The notes: generated by a model from the sequence alone, not told the origin. A DNA stretch of 64,000 bases from Candidatus Norongarragalinales archaeon (GCA_038884755.1 JAWABJ010000001.1:416001-480000), one strand, 5' to 3'; numbered from the stretch's first letter, positions 9,160 through 18,900 are shown. Numbers and translations: made by a program.

Positions 9160-9573
9160 TTACGACTGCTGTTCTTCCGTCTCCTTGGCGGGGGTTTCGG
9201 TCGTTTCCTGCGCTGCAGGCGTTTCAGCCGCAGGCTGTTCTTGGGCGGGTTTTTGTTGCGGCGCAGAGCCGTAAACCGGAGGGCGCTCGCGCCTCTGTTG
9301 GAAAGGCCTGTCGCCGAACCGCCCGAACCTCTCGCGTTCCCGCTGGCGTTCCTGCATTTTCTTTTTCTTTTCGAAAATCCTTCCGTGCTTGCCGCAAGAA
9401 ATGCAGTACGACACTTCGCGCGTCAAAACGCGAGTGTAAGTTTCAGAGTAAACGTCCTTGCGCTCGAGCGGGTTGGTCAAAATCGGCTTTTCGATGAAAA
9501 CCGCCTTGTCCCTGCGCACTTCCCTACCGCACTTTTCGCACCTTACAAGCCTTTCGCGACCACGATGACCCAT
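9160..9573 (-). CDS. rps26e: 30S ribosomal protein S26e
   Basis: GRERLVRCEKCGR.V.RDKA ... YCISC..H Zn motif. Confidence 0.9.
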   Translation of the reverse strand: MGHRGRERLVRCEKCGREVRRDKAVFIEKPILTNPLERKDVYSETYTRVLTREVSYCISCGKHGRIFEKKKKMQERQRERERFGRFGDRPFQQRRERPPVYGSAPQQKPAQEQPAAETPAAQETTETPAKETEEQQS

Positions 9574-9647
9574 GATAACACCCCTAAATTCACGAACTAA
9601 AAAACAGGACGAAATTACTTTGCAGGCGGGGGTTAAAAAACCCTTTT

Positions 9648-10370
9648 TTAACGCAGGTTTTCCAGAGTGCCGAGCTTCCGCCCGTCAATGGTGAAAACCT
9701 GGGCGTTTTGCAGTTCGGCGTTTTCCTTCTTCAAGAACGGCCCCAAATCCCGCGTTTTGTTCACCGCAACGCCCCCCACGAGAGAGCCGAAGGCGGGAAA
9801 CAGCACCCACTTGCGCCCGGCTTTCAAGCCGTGCTTGGCGTTCGCCTTGGTTTTTCCCACCACCCACACGGGCGCGGTGTAGGAAAACCGCTCGCCCTCG
9901 CTTATCTCGACCAGCGGGTGCAGGTTTCCGAACAAGAAAACGTCGGCGTTTTCCGTAATCTCGCGCGAGGGGAACGCGTGGCCGTGGAACAAGCCGTATT
10001 TCTTACCCTCAGCTTCCAAAAGCAGGCCTTTCGCGTCGACTACCTTCACGTCCCCGAAGTTTTCCAGCTCGGAATCGTGGTTGCCTTTCACCACAAGAAT
10101 GTCCTTGCAGTGCAGCAAGCGCAAAAATTTTTTCAAAACCCAGAACTCGCGGTTTTTGAACCCGTAAAAATCGTGTTTGAAGTCGCCCAAAACGACGATG
10201 CGAGTGCATTTCGTCTGCTTCAAAAGCTTGTTGAGCCTTTGCGCCTCGCGTTCGTAATTCGAAACTTCTATGCCCTTAGCTTGCAATTCGAGCTCGATGC
10301 CCACGTGCGCGTCGGAAACCACCAGGTTTTTTCCCACTACCGCCGCGGCTTCGCCCACTACGAACTTCAT
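9648..10370 (-). CDS. calcineurin-like metallophosphoesterase
   Basis: SDAHVG, LGDFKH, GNHD, HGH, HP, P.F motifs; start at MKFVV overlapping the nadD stop. Confidence 0.85.
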   Translation of the reverse strand: MKFVVGEAAAVVGKNLVVSDAHVGIELELQAKGIEVSNYEREAQRLNKLLKQTKCTRIVVLGDFKHDFYGFKNREFWVLKKFLRLLHCKDILVVKGNHDSELENFGDVKVVDAKGLLLEAEGKKYGLFHGHAFPSREITENADVFLFGNLHPLVEISEGERFSYTAPVWVVGKTKANAKHGLKAGRKWVLFPAFGSLVGGVAVNKTRDLGPFLKKENAELQNAQVFTIDGRKLGTLENLR

Positions 10371-10981
10371 TTCCCTTTCCACCCGTAAAGCCCGTGCTTT
10401 TTGATGTAATTGAAAACATTGCGGGGAACGAGCATTTTCAGCTTCGGGCTCGCGACAGAAGCGAAAGCCCTTGCTTGGGTGGAGGAAACCTTGGATTTTC
10501 GCACGGAGTGAGGAAGGAAAACGAGCTTCGCGCCGAGTGAAGATGAAAACTTGCGAGAGGGTTTTTTGAAGCCCGGGCGCGGGTATATCACCAGAGGCAA
10601 GAGCTTGCGCAGTTTTTCCCACTTTCCCCATTTTGGAAAGTCTTTTACTAGTTCGGAGCCGAAAATCCAGTAGAACTGCGTGGAAGGAAAGCGCTTTTGC
10701 AGTTTTTCCACGGTGTCGGCGGTATAGTTTTTCCTGCGGAGTTTCATTTCAAAACCGCTCGTCTTAATCCGTTTGCTTAAACCAGCGTTTTTCAAAGCCA
10801 AGCGCACCATTGCAAGCCTGTGCTTCGCTTTTTCTATTTTCTTTCCTTCAGCTTGCTTGAAGCACGGCATGAGCCAAACTTCGTCGCAATCAAAGTTTTC
10901 CAAAACGCCTTTCGCGACTGTCAAATGCCCGTAGTGAGGGGGGTTGAAACTCCCTCCTAGTATTGCAATCCTCTTCATCAA
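10367..10981 (-). CDS. nadD: nicotinate-nucleotide adenylyltransferase (bacterial NadD type)
   Basis: GGSFNPPHYGH, RLAM, YTADT, VSST, V..YI..HGLY. Confidence 0.88.
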   Translation of the reverse strand: MMKRIAILGGSFNPPHYGHLTVAKGVLENFDCDEVWLMPCFKQAEGKKIEKAKHRLAMVRLALKNAGLSKRIKTSGFEMKLRRKNYTADTVEKLQKRFPSTQFYWIFGSELVKDFPKWGKWEKLRKLLPLVIYPRPGFKKPSRKFSSSLGAKLVFLPHSVRKSKVSSTQARAFASVASPKLKMLVPRNVFNYIKKHGLYGWKGK

Positions 10982-11898
10982 AACACCACGTCGAAAGCTA
11001 TTGCAAAAGCCAAAAATAAAATGAACAGCCCCAAAAGAGCAAAGCCTTTCGTGCGGCTTATCGACTGCGAGTGCAGTAAAGACGAGGTTATTGCTGCGAC
11101 TGCGAGAAACAAGACTGCGAGCGTTGAAAAACTCAGGTTGAGGGAAAACAAGGGGGAGAGCGAGGCTATCCCGAGAACGAGAGTGGAATTGACGAGCGTG
11201 GAGCCTATCGCGTTGCCTAGGGCAAGCGAACTGTTGTTTTTATTCGCCGACTGCAAGCTTACGCTTAATTCAGGAAGAGTGGTGCCTATTGAAATTATCG
11301 TTGCGCCGATTATGGTTGAAGAAAACCCGAGGATTGAAGCGAGCGAAACCGCGGATTTCACAACAAAATCGGCGGAAACCAAGAGAAAAGCCACGCCTAT
11401 CGAGAAAAAGAAAAGGGCGAACGTTGCGTTTTGCCTTGAAACTTTCGCTTCCGGATGGTGCGAGCGTTGTTTTATGCTTATGAACGTGTAAGCGGTAAAA
11501 GCCGCAAACAGTACGAAAGTGGAAAGCAAACCCGGAAAGAAAATCAAGAGGAAAGGCGCGAGTGCAGCCAAAGCAAGAATGTTGGTGGACTTCCAAGCGT
11601 CGTTCCTGCTAAGCTTTATTGCCGAAACGAAAGCGGCGGCTCCCAAAACAAGCGTAATGTCAGTAACGTTGGCGCCTAGAACGTTTCCAGCTGAAACGCC
11701 AGGCGCTTTCTCAAGCACAGAAGTTATCGCAATGGACAATTCAGGAAGTGAAGTAGCTACGCTCACAAGCAGAAAGCCTATCGCCAATTCGCTGACGTTC
11801 AAAAAACGAGCCAAAACAACGGAATTTTCCACTATCACGTCCGAGGCTTTAGCGAGCACTATGGCAGAAACAAGCAAAACGCCCAATTCAGCTAACAT
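10978..11898 (-). CDS. Na+/Ca2+ (CaCA) antiporter
   Basis: Two alpha repeats: ATSLPE/GNVLGAN and GTTLPE/GNAIGS. Confidence 0.92.
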   Translation of the reverse strand: MLAELGVLLVSAIVLAKASDVIVENSVVLARFLNVSELAIGFLLVSVATSLPELSIAITSVLEKAPGVSAGNVLGANVTDITLVLGAAAFVSAIKLSRNDAWKSTNILALAALAPFLLIFFPGLLSTFVLFAAFTAYTFISIKQRSHHPEAKVSRQNATFALFFFSIGVAFLLVSADFVVKSAVSLASILGFSSTIIGATIISIGTTLPELSVSLQSANKNNSSLALGNAIGSTLVNSTLVLGIASLSPLFSLNLSFSTLAVLFLAVAAITSSLLHSQSISRTKGFALLGLFILFLAFAIAFDVVF

Positions 11899-11934
11899 TA
11901 GAATAGAACTGAAGGTGAAAATAAAACAGTTCCA

Positions 11935-12462
11935 CTAGCCCGTGCGGTTGGTTGCGTTCAGCGGAAGCGAGGCTGCGGCCGCCTGGCCGTCCGAACTGCT
12001 AGAAGCTTCGGCAGTTTTTTGGGATTCAATGAACTGTTGGGTTTCGAAACCCGCCCCTTCTACCGTTTGGATTATGGGAAGCTGAAGGGAAGGGCTTGCA
12101 GCATGCTGGGGCTGGTTGTAAATCATGAAACCAGCGCCAGCCAGCATCAATGCGAATAGCGAAAGCAAAATCCAAAGTCGCTTTCCCTTGTCAGGATGCA
12201 ATACGGCTTTCCCCTTTTCAGTCAAAGTAAAGTAAATCCACTTGCGCCCTTCGTCCACGCGCTCCACAAGCCCCGCTACCCTCAGGTTTTCCAAATGCTC
12301 GCTAGCCGCTTGCACGCTAATGCCCATGATTTTGCCTATTTCGCTTGCAGTACAGCGTTTTTTGTCCAACTCCTTGAGAATCAAAACGCGCGTTTCGCTC
12401 GCCAGCGCTTTGAAAGAGCTCGAGTCGAGCATGATTTTTTCTTCTTCCGACTGGGGTCGCAT
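11935..12462 (-). CDS. ArsR-type wHTH regulator with C-terminal TM anchor
   Basis: FKALASETR..IL, SEHL..L..AGLV, WIYF.LT..G followed by a hydrophobic helix. Confidence 0.85.
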   Translation of the reverse strand: MRPQSEEEKIMLDSSSFKALASETRVLILKELDKKRCTASEIGKIMGISVQAASEHLENLRVAGLVERVDEGRKWIYFTLTEKGKAVLHPDKGKRLWILLSLFALMLAGAGFMIYNQPQHAASPSLQLPIIQTVEGAGFETQQFIESQKTAEASSSSDGQAAAASLPLNATNRTG

Positions 12463-12528
12463 GAAAAAAAAAGCTTTTCTTGGCTTAAATGCCTTTTCGG
12501 TTTGTTCAAGTGGGAGGTTGAACGTCTA

Positions 12529-13605
12529 CTACCTTTTTCCGCGTTTTTCGCCTTTCAAGTAAACCGTGCGTATTGGGAAGGGAATTTCAATTCCATCCTT
12601 GCGGAATTGCTTTACCATTTCAAAACGCATTTCAGTAGCCAAAGGGAAACTATCGTCAAACGACTTAGCTTGGAATATGTATCGAAACTGCAGTGACGAA
12701 TCGCCGAAATTCACAAAACGCAAGACAGGAAAAAAAGACTCGTCTACCACTCCACTGCGTTTTTTCACGTTTTCAAAACAAGTTTCCAAGGATTTTTTAA
12801 GCTTATCCAAGTTTGTAGAATAAGAAACGCCGAAGTCAATCAAAACCCTTCTTTTTTCCCTGCCTATTCCCGAAAGGTTGTGCACCATTCTTTTAGCAAG
12901 CTCGGCGTTTGGAATGACGATGATGCTGTTGCGTGGAGTTTGTATTTTTGTCGTCCGCCAGCCGATTTCCTTAACTACTCCAGTGGTTTCGGAATTCTCG
13001 CTGTCTAACGCAATGAAATCCCCCACTTTAAACGGCTTGTCGGAAAGCAGGTTTACTCCCGAGAAAAAGTTTGAAAGCGTGTCTTGCAAAGCCAAAGCGA
13101 CAGCCAAGCCCGCGATTCCCAAACCAGCCAGCAGAGGGCCTATCTCAACTCCAAACTCGCTCAAAACAATTATGAACGCTACGAGCAAAATAGATAGTTT
13201 AGACATTTTCCTCGCAAGCGGAAAAACATCCTTGCTTATTCTTAGTTTTTGCTGACTTTCAGTCTGGCTGGCATGCCAGTAAAACAACGAGTCAACCACC
13301 CGGCTTAGAGCATGTCCTGCCGCAAGCACCAACGCTAGAAAAAACAACTGGTTCAAGTTCTTGTCGAAAAAAACTACGTTCGGAATGGAAACTTGAAAAG
13401 CAAGGTATAAACCAAAAAGAAAAGCCACGAACTTGAACGGACCGCGAATGCCTTCGAAAAGGAAATCATCAAAAGTGGTTTTAGTCCTCAAAACAATCGG
13501 GCGAATAAACTTGTCGAACAAAAATATCAAAACGTCTGCAATAACGAGAGAACCGAGCGTTATTCCAAGAAAATAAACTATTTTGAAAAAAGTGGATTCA
13601 ACCAT
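12529..13605 (-). CDS. mscS: small-conductance mechanosensitive channel
   Basis: LAGLGIAGLAVALALQDTLSNFFSG, PFKVGD, IGWRTT, IPN, IEIPFP. Confidence 0.93.
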   Translation of the reverse strand: MVESTFFKIVYFLGITLGSLVIADVLIFLFDKFIRPIVLRTKTTFDDFLFEGIRGPFKFVAFLFGLYLAFQVSIPNVVFFDKNLNQLFFLALVLAAGHALSRVVDSLFYWHASQTESQQKLRISKDVFPLARKMSKLSILLVAFIIVLSEFGVEIGPLLAGLGIAGLAVALALQDTLSNFFSGVNLLSDKPFKVGDFIALDSENSETTGVVKEIGWRTTKIQTPRNSIIVIPNAELAKRMVHNLSGIGREKRRVLIDFGVSYSTNLDKLKKSLETCFENVKKRSGVVDESFFPVLRFVNFGDSSLQFRYIFQAKSFDDSFPLATEMRFEMVKQFRKDGIEIPFPIRTVYLKGEKRGKR

Positions 13606-13627
13606 GCGAAAACCAACCAGTTAAAAA

Positions 13628-13873
13628 CTATTTCTTGAACGAAGTGTAGTTTACCGCCACGCTGGGCTTTTTTTTCTTAAGCAACGAAACCACTATAGAC
13701 CGAATTGTGGAACTGGCTAACAACTTTCTGCCAGAAGACTTGATTTTGTCTGCAACCACGTCGGCTATTTCGCCAGCCAATTCTACAGTACCGCCGGCTT
13801 TAACTATGCTGCGCGCTATCTTCGACGGCGCAAACCGTTCTTTCTCTCCAGACTTTTTCTTCACTAAAACCAT
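13628..13873 (-). CDS. stand-alone ATP-cone domain protein
   Basis: VKKKSG.KE.F..SKI.RSI.KAG ... S.IR..V...L pattern. Confidence 0.8.
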   Translation of the reverse strand: MVLVKKKSGEKERFAPSKIARSIVKAGGTVELAGEIADVVADKIKSSGRKLLASSTIRSIVVSLLKKKKPSVAVNYTSFKK

Positions 13874-13914
13874 GCACAACGCCTTAAGCATGAGACAAAG
13901 ATTGTTTTTATTTC

Positions 13915-14886
13915 TTATCCAAAAATCGACGCGATCATTTCGCTCAACCCGTCTTGAGGCTTGACTTTAGCCTTCCACCCTAAAAGCCGTTCCGCCTTTT
14001 TAGTCGAGAAAACTCTGTCGGTAGTCAAACGCCTCACGCTCTCTCGCGAAATCGCGGTCTTCCCGCCGAAAAGCTTTGCTTTGAGCTCGTAAAACAACGC
14101 CATTGCTTCCGCCAGCCAAACAGGAATGCTTGTTTTCGGCGGTTGCACGCCAAGCTCGTTTGCAACCGCGGCAGTCCATTGTTTTTGCGTGAGCGCCTCT
14201 CCGCTGATGTTGAACGTTTCACCTTTAGCTGCGTCTTTCTCTAGCGAAAGCAAAACCGCGTTTACGAAATCATCTACATGTACCACCGGAAAATGCGTGT
14301 TGCCTTCGCCTATCACAGGCATTTTTCCTTTTTGAATCGCTTTTACGGCGGGCGCGAACGACGGTTCGAAGCCCAAGCCGTAAATGACTACGGGGCGTAG
14401 TATGACGAACGGCACTCCGCTCTCGCGAACTGCCTTTTCAGCCGTAAGCTTGCTTTCGCCGTACGCGTTGCCGGGCGAAGGCGCGTCGTTTTCTTCTATA
14501 GGCAACCTCGAAGGCTTGTGGAACAACGCGGAAGAGGAAATGAAAACGAAACGGTTGAACCTCGCGTTTCTCTTGCAGGCGTTCAAAAGCTTTTTCGTAG
14601 CTTCGACGTTGACCGCGAAAATCTTTTTCTTATTCTCGTCAGGGTTAATTACGCCCACTGCAGCCAAGTGCACGACTGCGTCAACGCCTTTCGCAATAGT
14701 ATCGAAAGCGGATTGTTCCGCAATAGCGAAATCCAACTCCATTATTTCCAAAGGCGCGTCTTTGAACGCCTCGCGCGCTTCTTCAGCGTCGAGCACGGCA
14801 ACCCGCACCGAATGGCCTTTTGCAAGCAACGCCGGCACCAAATGCTTTCCGACGTGCCCTGTCGCACCCGTAACCAAAACTTTCAC
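13915..14886 (-). CDS. NAD-dependent epimerase/dehydratase (extended SDR)
   Basis: TGATGHVG, HLAA, YGESK. Confidence 0.9.
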   Translation of the reverse strand: MKVLVTGATGHVGKHLVPALLAKGHSVRVAVLDAEEAREAFKDAPLEIMELDFAIAEQSAFDTIAKGVDAVVHLAAVGVINPDENKKKIFAVNVEATKKLLNACKRNARFNRFVFISSSALFHKPSRLPIEENDAPSPGNAYGESKLTAEKAVRESGVPFVILRPVVIYGLGFEPSFAPAVKAIQKGKMPVIGEGNTHFPVVHVDDFVNAVLLSLEKDAAKGETFNISGEALTQKQWTAAVANELGVQPPKTSIPVWLAEAMALFYELKAKLFGGKTAISRESVRRLTTDRVFSTKKAERLLGWKAKVKPQDGLSEMIASIFG

Positions 14887-14973
14887 TCAAACCACACTTT
14901 ATAAAACAAAGAGCGTCCTGTTAAATAAAAGCTTTAGAAAAAAAAAACAATTTTTCAAGGTGGGGGGGTAAGG

Positions 14974-15363
14974 GTGGACAAAGTAGTGCATTTTGAAGTT
15001 CCTGCGGATGATTTGCCGAGGGCGAAAGCTTTTTACGAGAGAGTGTTCGGCTGGAAGATAGAGAAATACCCAATGCCCGACCCGGACGTTCCGTACTACG
15101 GCGTGCATACGGTTGAAGTGGACGAAAAGCACATGCCGAAAGAATCGGGCGCGATTAACGGCGGGATGATGAAGAAAGACGCTACCGCCCCTTACCCGGT
15201 CATCGTAATGAGCGTCGAATCGGTAGAAAAAACTTTGAAGAAAGCGGAAGCTAACGGCGCGAAAGTCGTAATGCCTACCGTGAACGTCATGGGAATGGGG
15301 CTTTACGCGCGAATCAAGGATTCGGAAGGAAACATCGTCGGCGTGTGGCAAGACTTGAAATGA
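14974..15363 (+). CDS. VOC/glyoxalase family protein
   Basis: VVHFEVPADD..RA..FY..VFGW, GAINGG, DSEGN..G.W. Confidence 0.9.
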   Translation: MDKVVHFEVPADDLPRAKAFYERVFGWKIEKYPMPDPDVPYYGVHTVEVDEKHMPKESGAINGGMMKKDATAPYPVIVMSVESVEKTLKKAEANGAKVVMPTVNVMGMGLYARIKDSEGNIVGVWQDLK

Positions 15364-15920
15364 AGATAACGAAAAAAATTTACGTTACAACCGCAAGGCA
15401 ATGGCGGGCTTGGCTCAAGAAAAACCACGGGAAAGCCAAGGAAGTTTGGCTTGTTTACTACAAGAAACACAGCGGGAAAAAACGCATTCCTTACAACGAT
15501 GCTGTCGACGAAGCGCTGTGCTTCGGTTGGATTGACAGCACCGTGAAAACCATCGATAAAGACTCGTTCGCCCAGCGTTTTACTCCGAGAAGACCGTTAA
15601 GCAAGCCTTCGCAAATGAACAAAGAGCGCATGAGAAAACTCGCAAGGCAAGGGAGGATGACGAAAACCGGGCTCGACGCCGTCGCCCACGCGTTCCACCC
15701 GAAAAAACGGGAAAAATTTGCAATCGCGAAAGACGTTCTTGCGGCGTTAAAGGCAGACGAGGCGGTTTGGAAGAATTTCCGGAGCTTTCCTGCGCACTAC
15801 CGGCGCATTCGCATCGCGTACGTGGAAAACTATCGAGACAACCCCGGACAGTTCAAGAAAAGCCTCGAGAACCTCGTGAGAATGACTCGCCAAAACAAAA
15901 AGTTCGGAATGGTTCAATAG
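15360..15920 (+). CDS. YdeI/OmpD-associated family protein
   Basis: WR.WL..NH, EALCFGWIDS, QRFTPRR. Confidence 0.88.
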   Translation: MKITKKIYVTTARQWRAWLKKNHGKAKEVWLVYYKKHSGKKRIPYNDAVDEALCFGWIDSTVKTIDKDSFAQRFTPRRPLSKPSQMNKERMRKLARQGRMTKTGLDAVAHAFHPKKREKFAIAKDVLAALKADEAVWKNFRSFPAHYRRIRIAYVENYRDNPGQFKKSLENLVRMTRQNKKFGMVQ

Positions 15921-15989
15921 CAAGCCCATCGAGCGCATTTTCAGAAGGGTTTAATAAATTCTTTCGGGCAAATGTCTTTTCGATACTCT

Positions 15990-16132
15990 GCAGGGGTAGC
16001 GAAGCCTGGTCAAACGCGACAGCCTCAAGTGACTTCTTTCTTTTGCGAAAAGAAAGAACTCAACTAGAAAGAAAACGCGTTGGAGCAAGCTGTTCTCTTA
16101 GGAGTTCGAGGGTTCAAATCCCTCCCCCTGCA
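15990..16132 (+). tRNA. tRNA-Leu (CAA) with 58-nt intron (16030-16087) at canonical 37/38
   Basis: GCAGGGG..CCCCTGC acceptor, ACAGC-CTCAAG|A-GCTGT, long variable arm, GGTTCAAATCC; TATA-like TTTAATAA upstream. Confidence 0.9.
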
Positions 16133-16205
16133 CTAGTTTTTTAGGGAGCAGTTTTTTGGTCGAATCCTTTTAAAACCGCCCGAAAAAACAAAGGTGGTGT
16201 AGAAA

Positions 16206-17234
16206 ATGACCAAAGGACAAGGGATATACGACCAAAACAAGCAACTAGGCTGGGCGTTAAAAAGAACAGAACGAAAACTCAGCGTTCAAAACCAAAAGGT
16301 TGTGAAAGAATTTCACGACCATTGCTTCTCAGAAGGGTTAAGCACAGTAAGAATAGTCGGGTATGTAAATCGACTGAACAAGTTAGGGGAGTTTCTAGGT
16401 AAAGACTTTCAAGACTCTTCCAAGCAAGACATTGAAAATTTAATGGGTAGAATCAATCAAGCCAACTACTCAGAATGTTCAAAACAAGCATTCAAGGTAG
16501 CCTTAAAAAAATTCTTTAAGTGGCTCAGAAAAACCGAAGAATATCCTGAGGAAGTAAAGTGGCTGAAAACAGGAATAAAGAACTCCAAGAAAAAACTCCC
16601 TGAAGACTTGCTAACCCCCGCCGAAATACGCAAACTAATCGACACCGCTCAAAATCCACGCGATAAGGCATTCATTTCCGTATTGTACGAGTCGGGCTGT
16701 CGAATTTCAGAAATCGGCACGCTAGAAATACGCAACGTTACCTTCGACAAACAAGGAGTCGTTCTCATGGTCTCAGGGAAAACGGGAGACCGCAGAGTAA
16801 GGTTAATTCAATCTACCGATTTGTTGAGAATTTGGTTGTCTTGCCATCCAGGCAAAACAAGTGCTCACAATCCTTTGTGGTGTAGTTTAAGCAACAGCTG
16901 TAAAGGAAAACCAGTAAAATACGTTGCTTTCCGTAGGATTTTAGACCAAACCGCTCAAAAATCAGGTTTAAACACAAAGAAAGTCAACCCACACTCCTTC
17001 CGACACGCCAGAGCCTCTGAATTAGCCAATCACTTGACCGAAGCGCAGATGAAAGAATATTTTGGCTGGATGCAGGGGAGCGACATGGCTGCAACCTATG
17101 TTCACCAAGTGCTTTGTCTTCGTGACGAAAAAGAAGTTCAAGTACAGGTACTCGAAAATGCCGGGAGAAATAGTCACGAGAGCAACACTCAAGCACACAA
17201 TCGCGGAACTAGGCAAGACCTGGCTTTCTCCTAG
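16206..17234 (+). mobile_element. tRNA-adjacent tyrosine integrase, C-terminus apparently scrambled after the catalytic Tyr
   Basis: YESGCRISE, GKTG.R, HSFRHARA, YFGW, ATYVH; AT-richer than flanks; starts 73 nt after tRNA-Leu. Confidence 0.85.
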
Positions 17235-17450
17235 GCTAGACGCATATATGATTTGGAGTTAAGTAGGCGGAAAATTTTCTGAATGCTCTTAGAATGCAGG
17301 AAGCGCTTTTTCACAAGAAAAATTAAGAGGAAAAAACAAGCCTTATATTAATTGGTTCGAGTAATTCTTTCAGAAAGTGATTTGATTGATTGTAGCGGAA
17401 TTGGCGGAAAGGCTGAAGCACGGCGACACTCACTTTGGTAGCCACCCTAT

Positions 17451-18179
17451 TTACTCACACGACCAAGTTATCGCGAGATTAAAACCAGAGTTCGAGAAAA
17501 CGATTGCTTCAGTGAATGACTCTTCAAAAAAACTTGGCTTCGATTTCAAACTGGAGGAAAAGAATCCGTTACACCCTGCAAAATTCGCGCGTTTTTTCCC
17601 GAAGAAAACCGGCGCAGCCTTTTTTCCGAAACGCTCGTCCCAATCGAAATCCTTCACGTCATCCACGATTTTCACTCCGTTCAAAACAAGCCAAACAGCA
17701 ATTGCAAACAAAATCATGCTAAACGGAGTCGCCCTTGCTTGAACGTAGTACCCGCCCAGCATCGCCAAAGCTAATCCCGTCGGGTAGCCGGCTGTCGCTC
17801 CAACCGGGTTCAAATCCATAGGCGCGTGGAAATACGCGAGCAAAAACCCGCATAGGATTATGGGGATGGCAAGCCAAAAGCCGAGAAAAGCGAAGTAAAG
17901 CAAGCACGCGATTACGCCCAGCGCAGACAAAGCCATTGCTTTTTCCGACTGTTTTTTTGTCAAAAAAGAAAACGAGTCTTCCCTCCTCTCGAAAAAATCG
18001 ACGTAAGAGTCTTTCACGTGCGCGAAGTAAAGCGCGGCGAAAACTCCCGCGCAAAAAACAAGCAGGTTGGGCGGGTTGGAAACGGGTGAGTAAAGCCCTC
18101 CCACTACCGTGGCTCCTACGGCTGCAACCATGAAAACCGGGTGCACTTGGGACCAGTAAACCGAAAAAGGGCTTGCCAT
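17451..18179 (-). pseudogene. UbiA-family prenyltransferase, 3'-truncated
   Basis: HVKDSYVDFF.RRED and VDDVKDFDWD Asp-rich motifs; the hydrophobic pattern stops abruptly at ~17575. Confidence 0.7.
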
Positions 18180-18291
18180 CGCAGTCAGCGTACGAATTAC
18201 TCCGTCAAGAATTAAAGGCAAAGGTTAAATACCGCTCGAAGGTTATTATTTGTCGGGCATCCGATATGTAATCGCCCGAAGGTTGAAAGAA

Positions 18292-18900
18292 ATGGGAGAG
18301 TGGGACGAGTTGGCTGATGATTTTGAAATTGAAAAAACGGTTTCTTCGCTGAAGGCGAACGGCATCAACGCTTTTGTTGCCGGCAATGCCGAAGAGGCGA
18401 GAAAGAAAGTCCTTGAGCTTATTCCTGAAGGCGCGGAAGTAATGAACATGACTTCCGCCACGCTGGAATCTGCAGGGATAGCAAAGGAAATAATCGAGTC
18501 TGGAAAGTTTGACTCGGTAAGAAAAAAATTCGCGGCCATGGACAAAAGCAGGGAAAGTGAAAAGCGCAAGCTCGGCGCTGCTCCCGATTGGGCAGTGGGA
18601 AGCGTGCATGCGGTCACGCAAGACGGGAAAGTGCTCGTAGCGTCTGCAACCGGAAGCCAGTTGCCTGCGTACGCTTACGGCGCCGGAAAAGTAATCTGGG
18701 TCGTTGGAACGCAGAAGATAGTGAAAAACCTGGGCGAAGCATTCAAGCGCCTTGAAGAATACGTTTTTCCTTTGGAAGACGCGAGGGCGAAAAAAGCTTA
18801 CGGGGTTGGAAGCGGAATAAACAAAATTTTGATAGTAAACAAGGAATTCATGCCTGAGAGAATAACCCTTGTTTTCGTGAAGGAAAAGCTAGGCTTTTGA
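18292..18900 (+). CDS. LUD-domain (lactate utilization LutC-like) protein
   Basis: [30 protein letters not shown] end. Confidence 0.85.
   Translation: MGEWDELADDFEIEKTVSSLKANGINAFVAGNAEEARKKVLELIPEGAEVMNMTSATLESAGIAKEIIESGKFDSVRKKFAAMDKSRESEKRKLGAAPDWAVGSVHAVTQDGKVLVASATGSQLPAYAYGAGKVIWVVGTQKIVKNLGEAFKRLEEYVFPLEDARAKKAYGVGSGINKILIVNKEFMPERITLVFVKEKLGF

Noticed and set aside
8484..9497. 337-aa + strand ORF
   Set aside because: Antisense shadow across the hydrolase, tRNA-Val and S26e; no motifs
10371..10631. N-terminal extensions in the ORF track (also 45121..45351, 48214..48327, 31291..31362)
   Set aside because: They overlap upstream genes in other frames; downstream starts fit the family N-termini
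17106..17262. IS200/IS605 TnpA fragment (FVFVTK..KYRY)
   Set aside because: Superficial resemblance; no HUH motif or catalytic Tyr context
16100..17600. Full attR duplication of the tRNA-Leu 3' end
   Set aside because: Only a 7-bp match found; no long direct repeat seen
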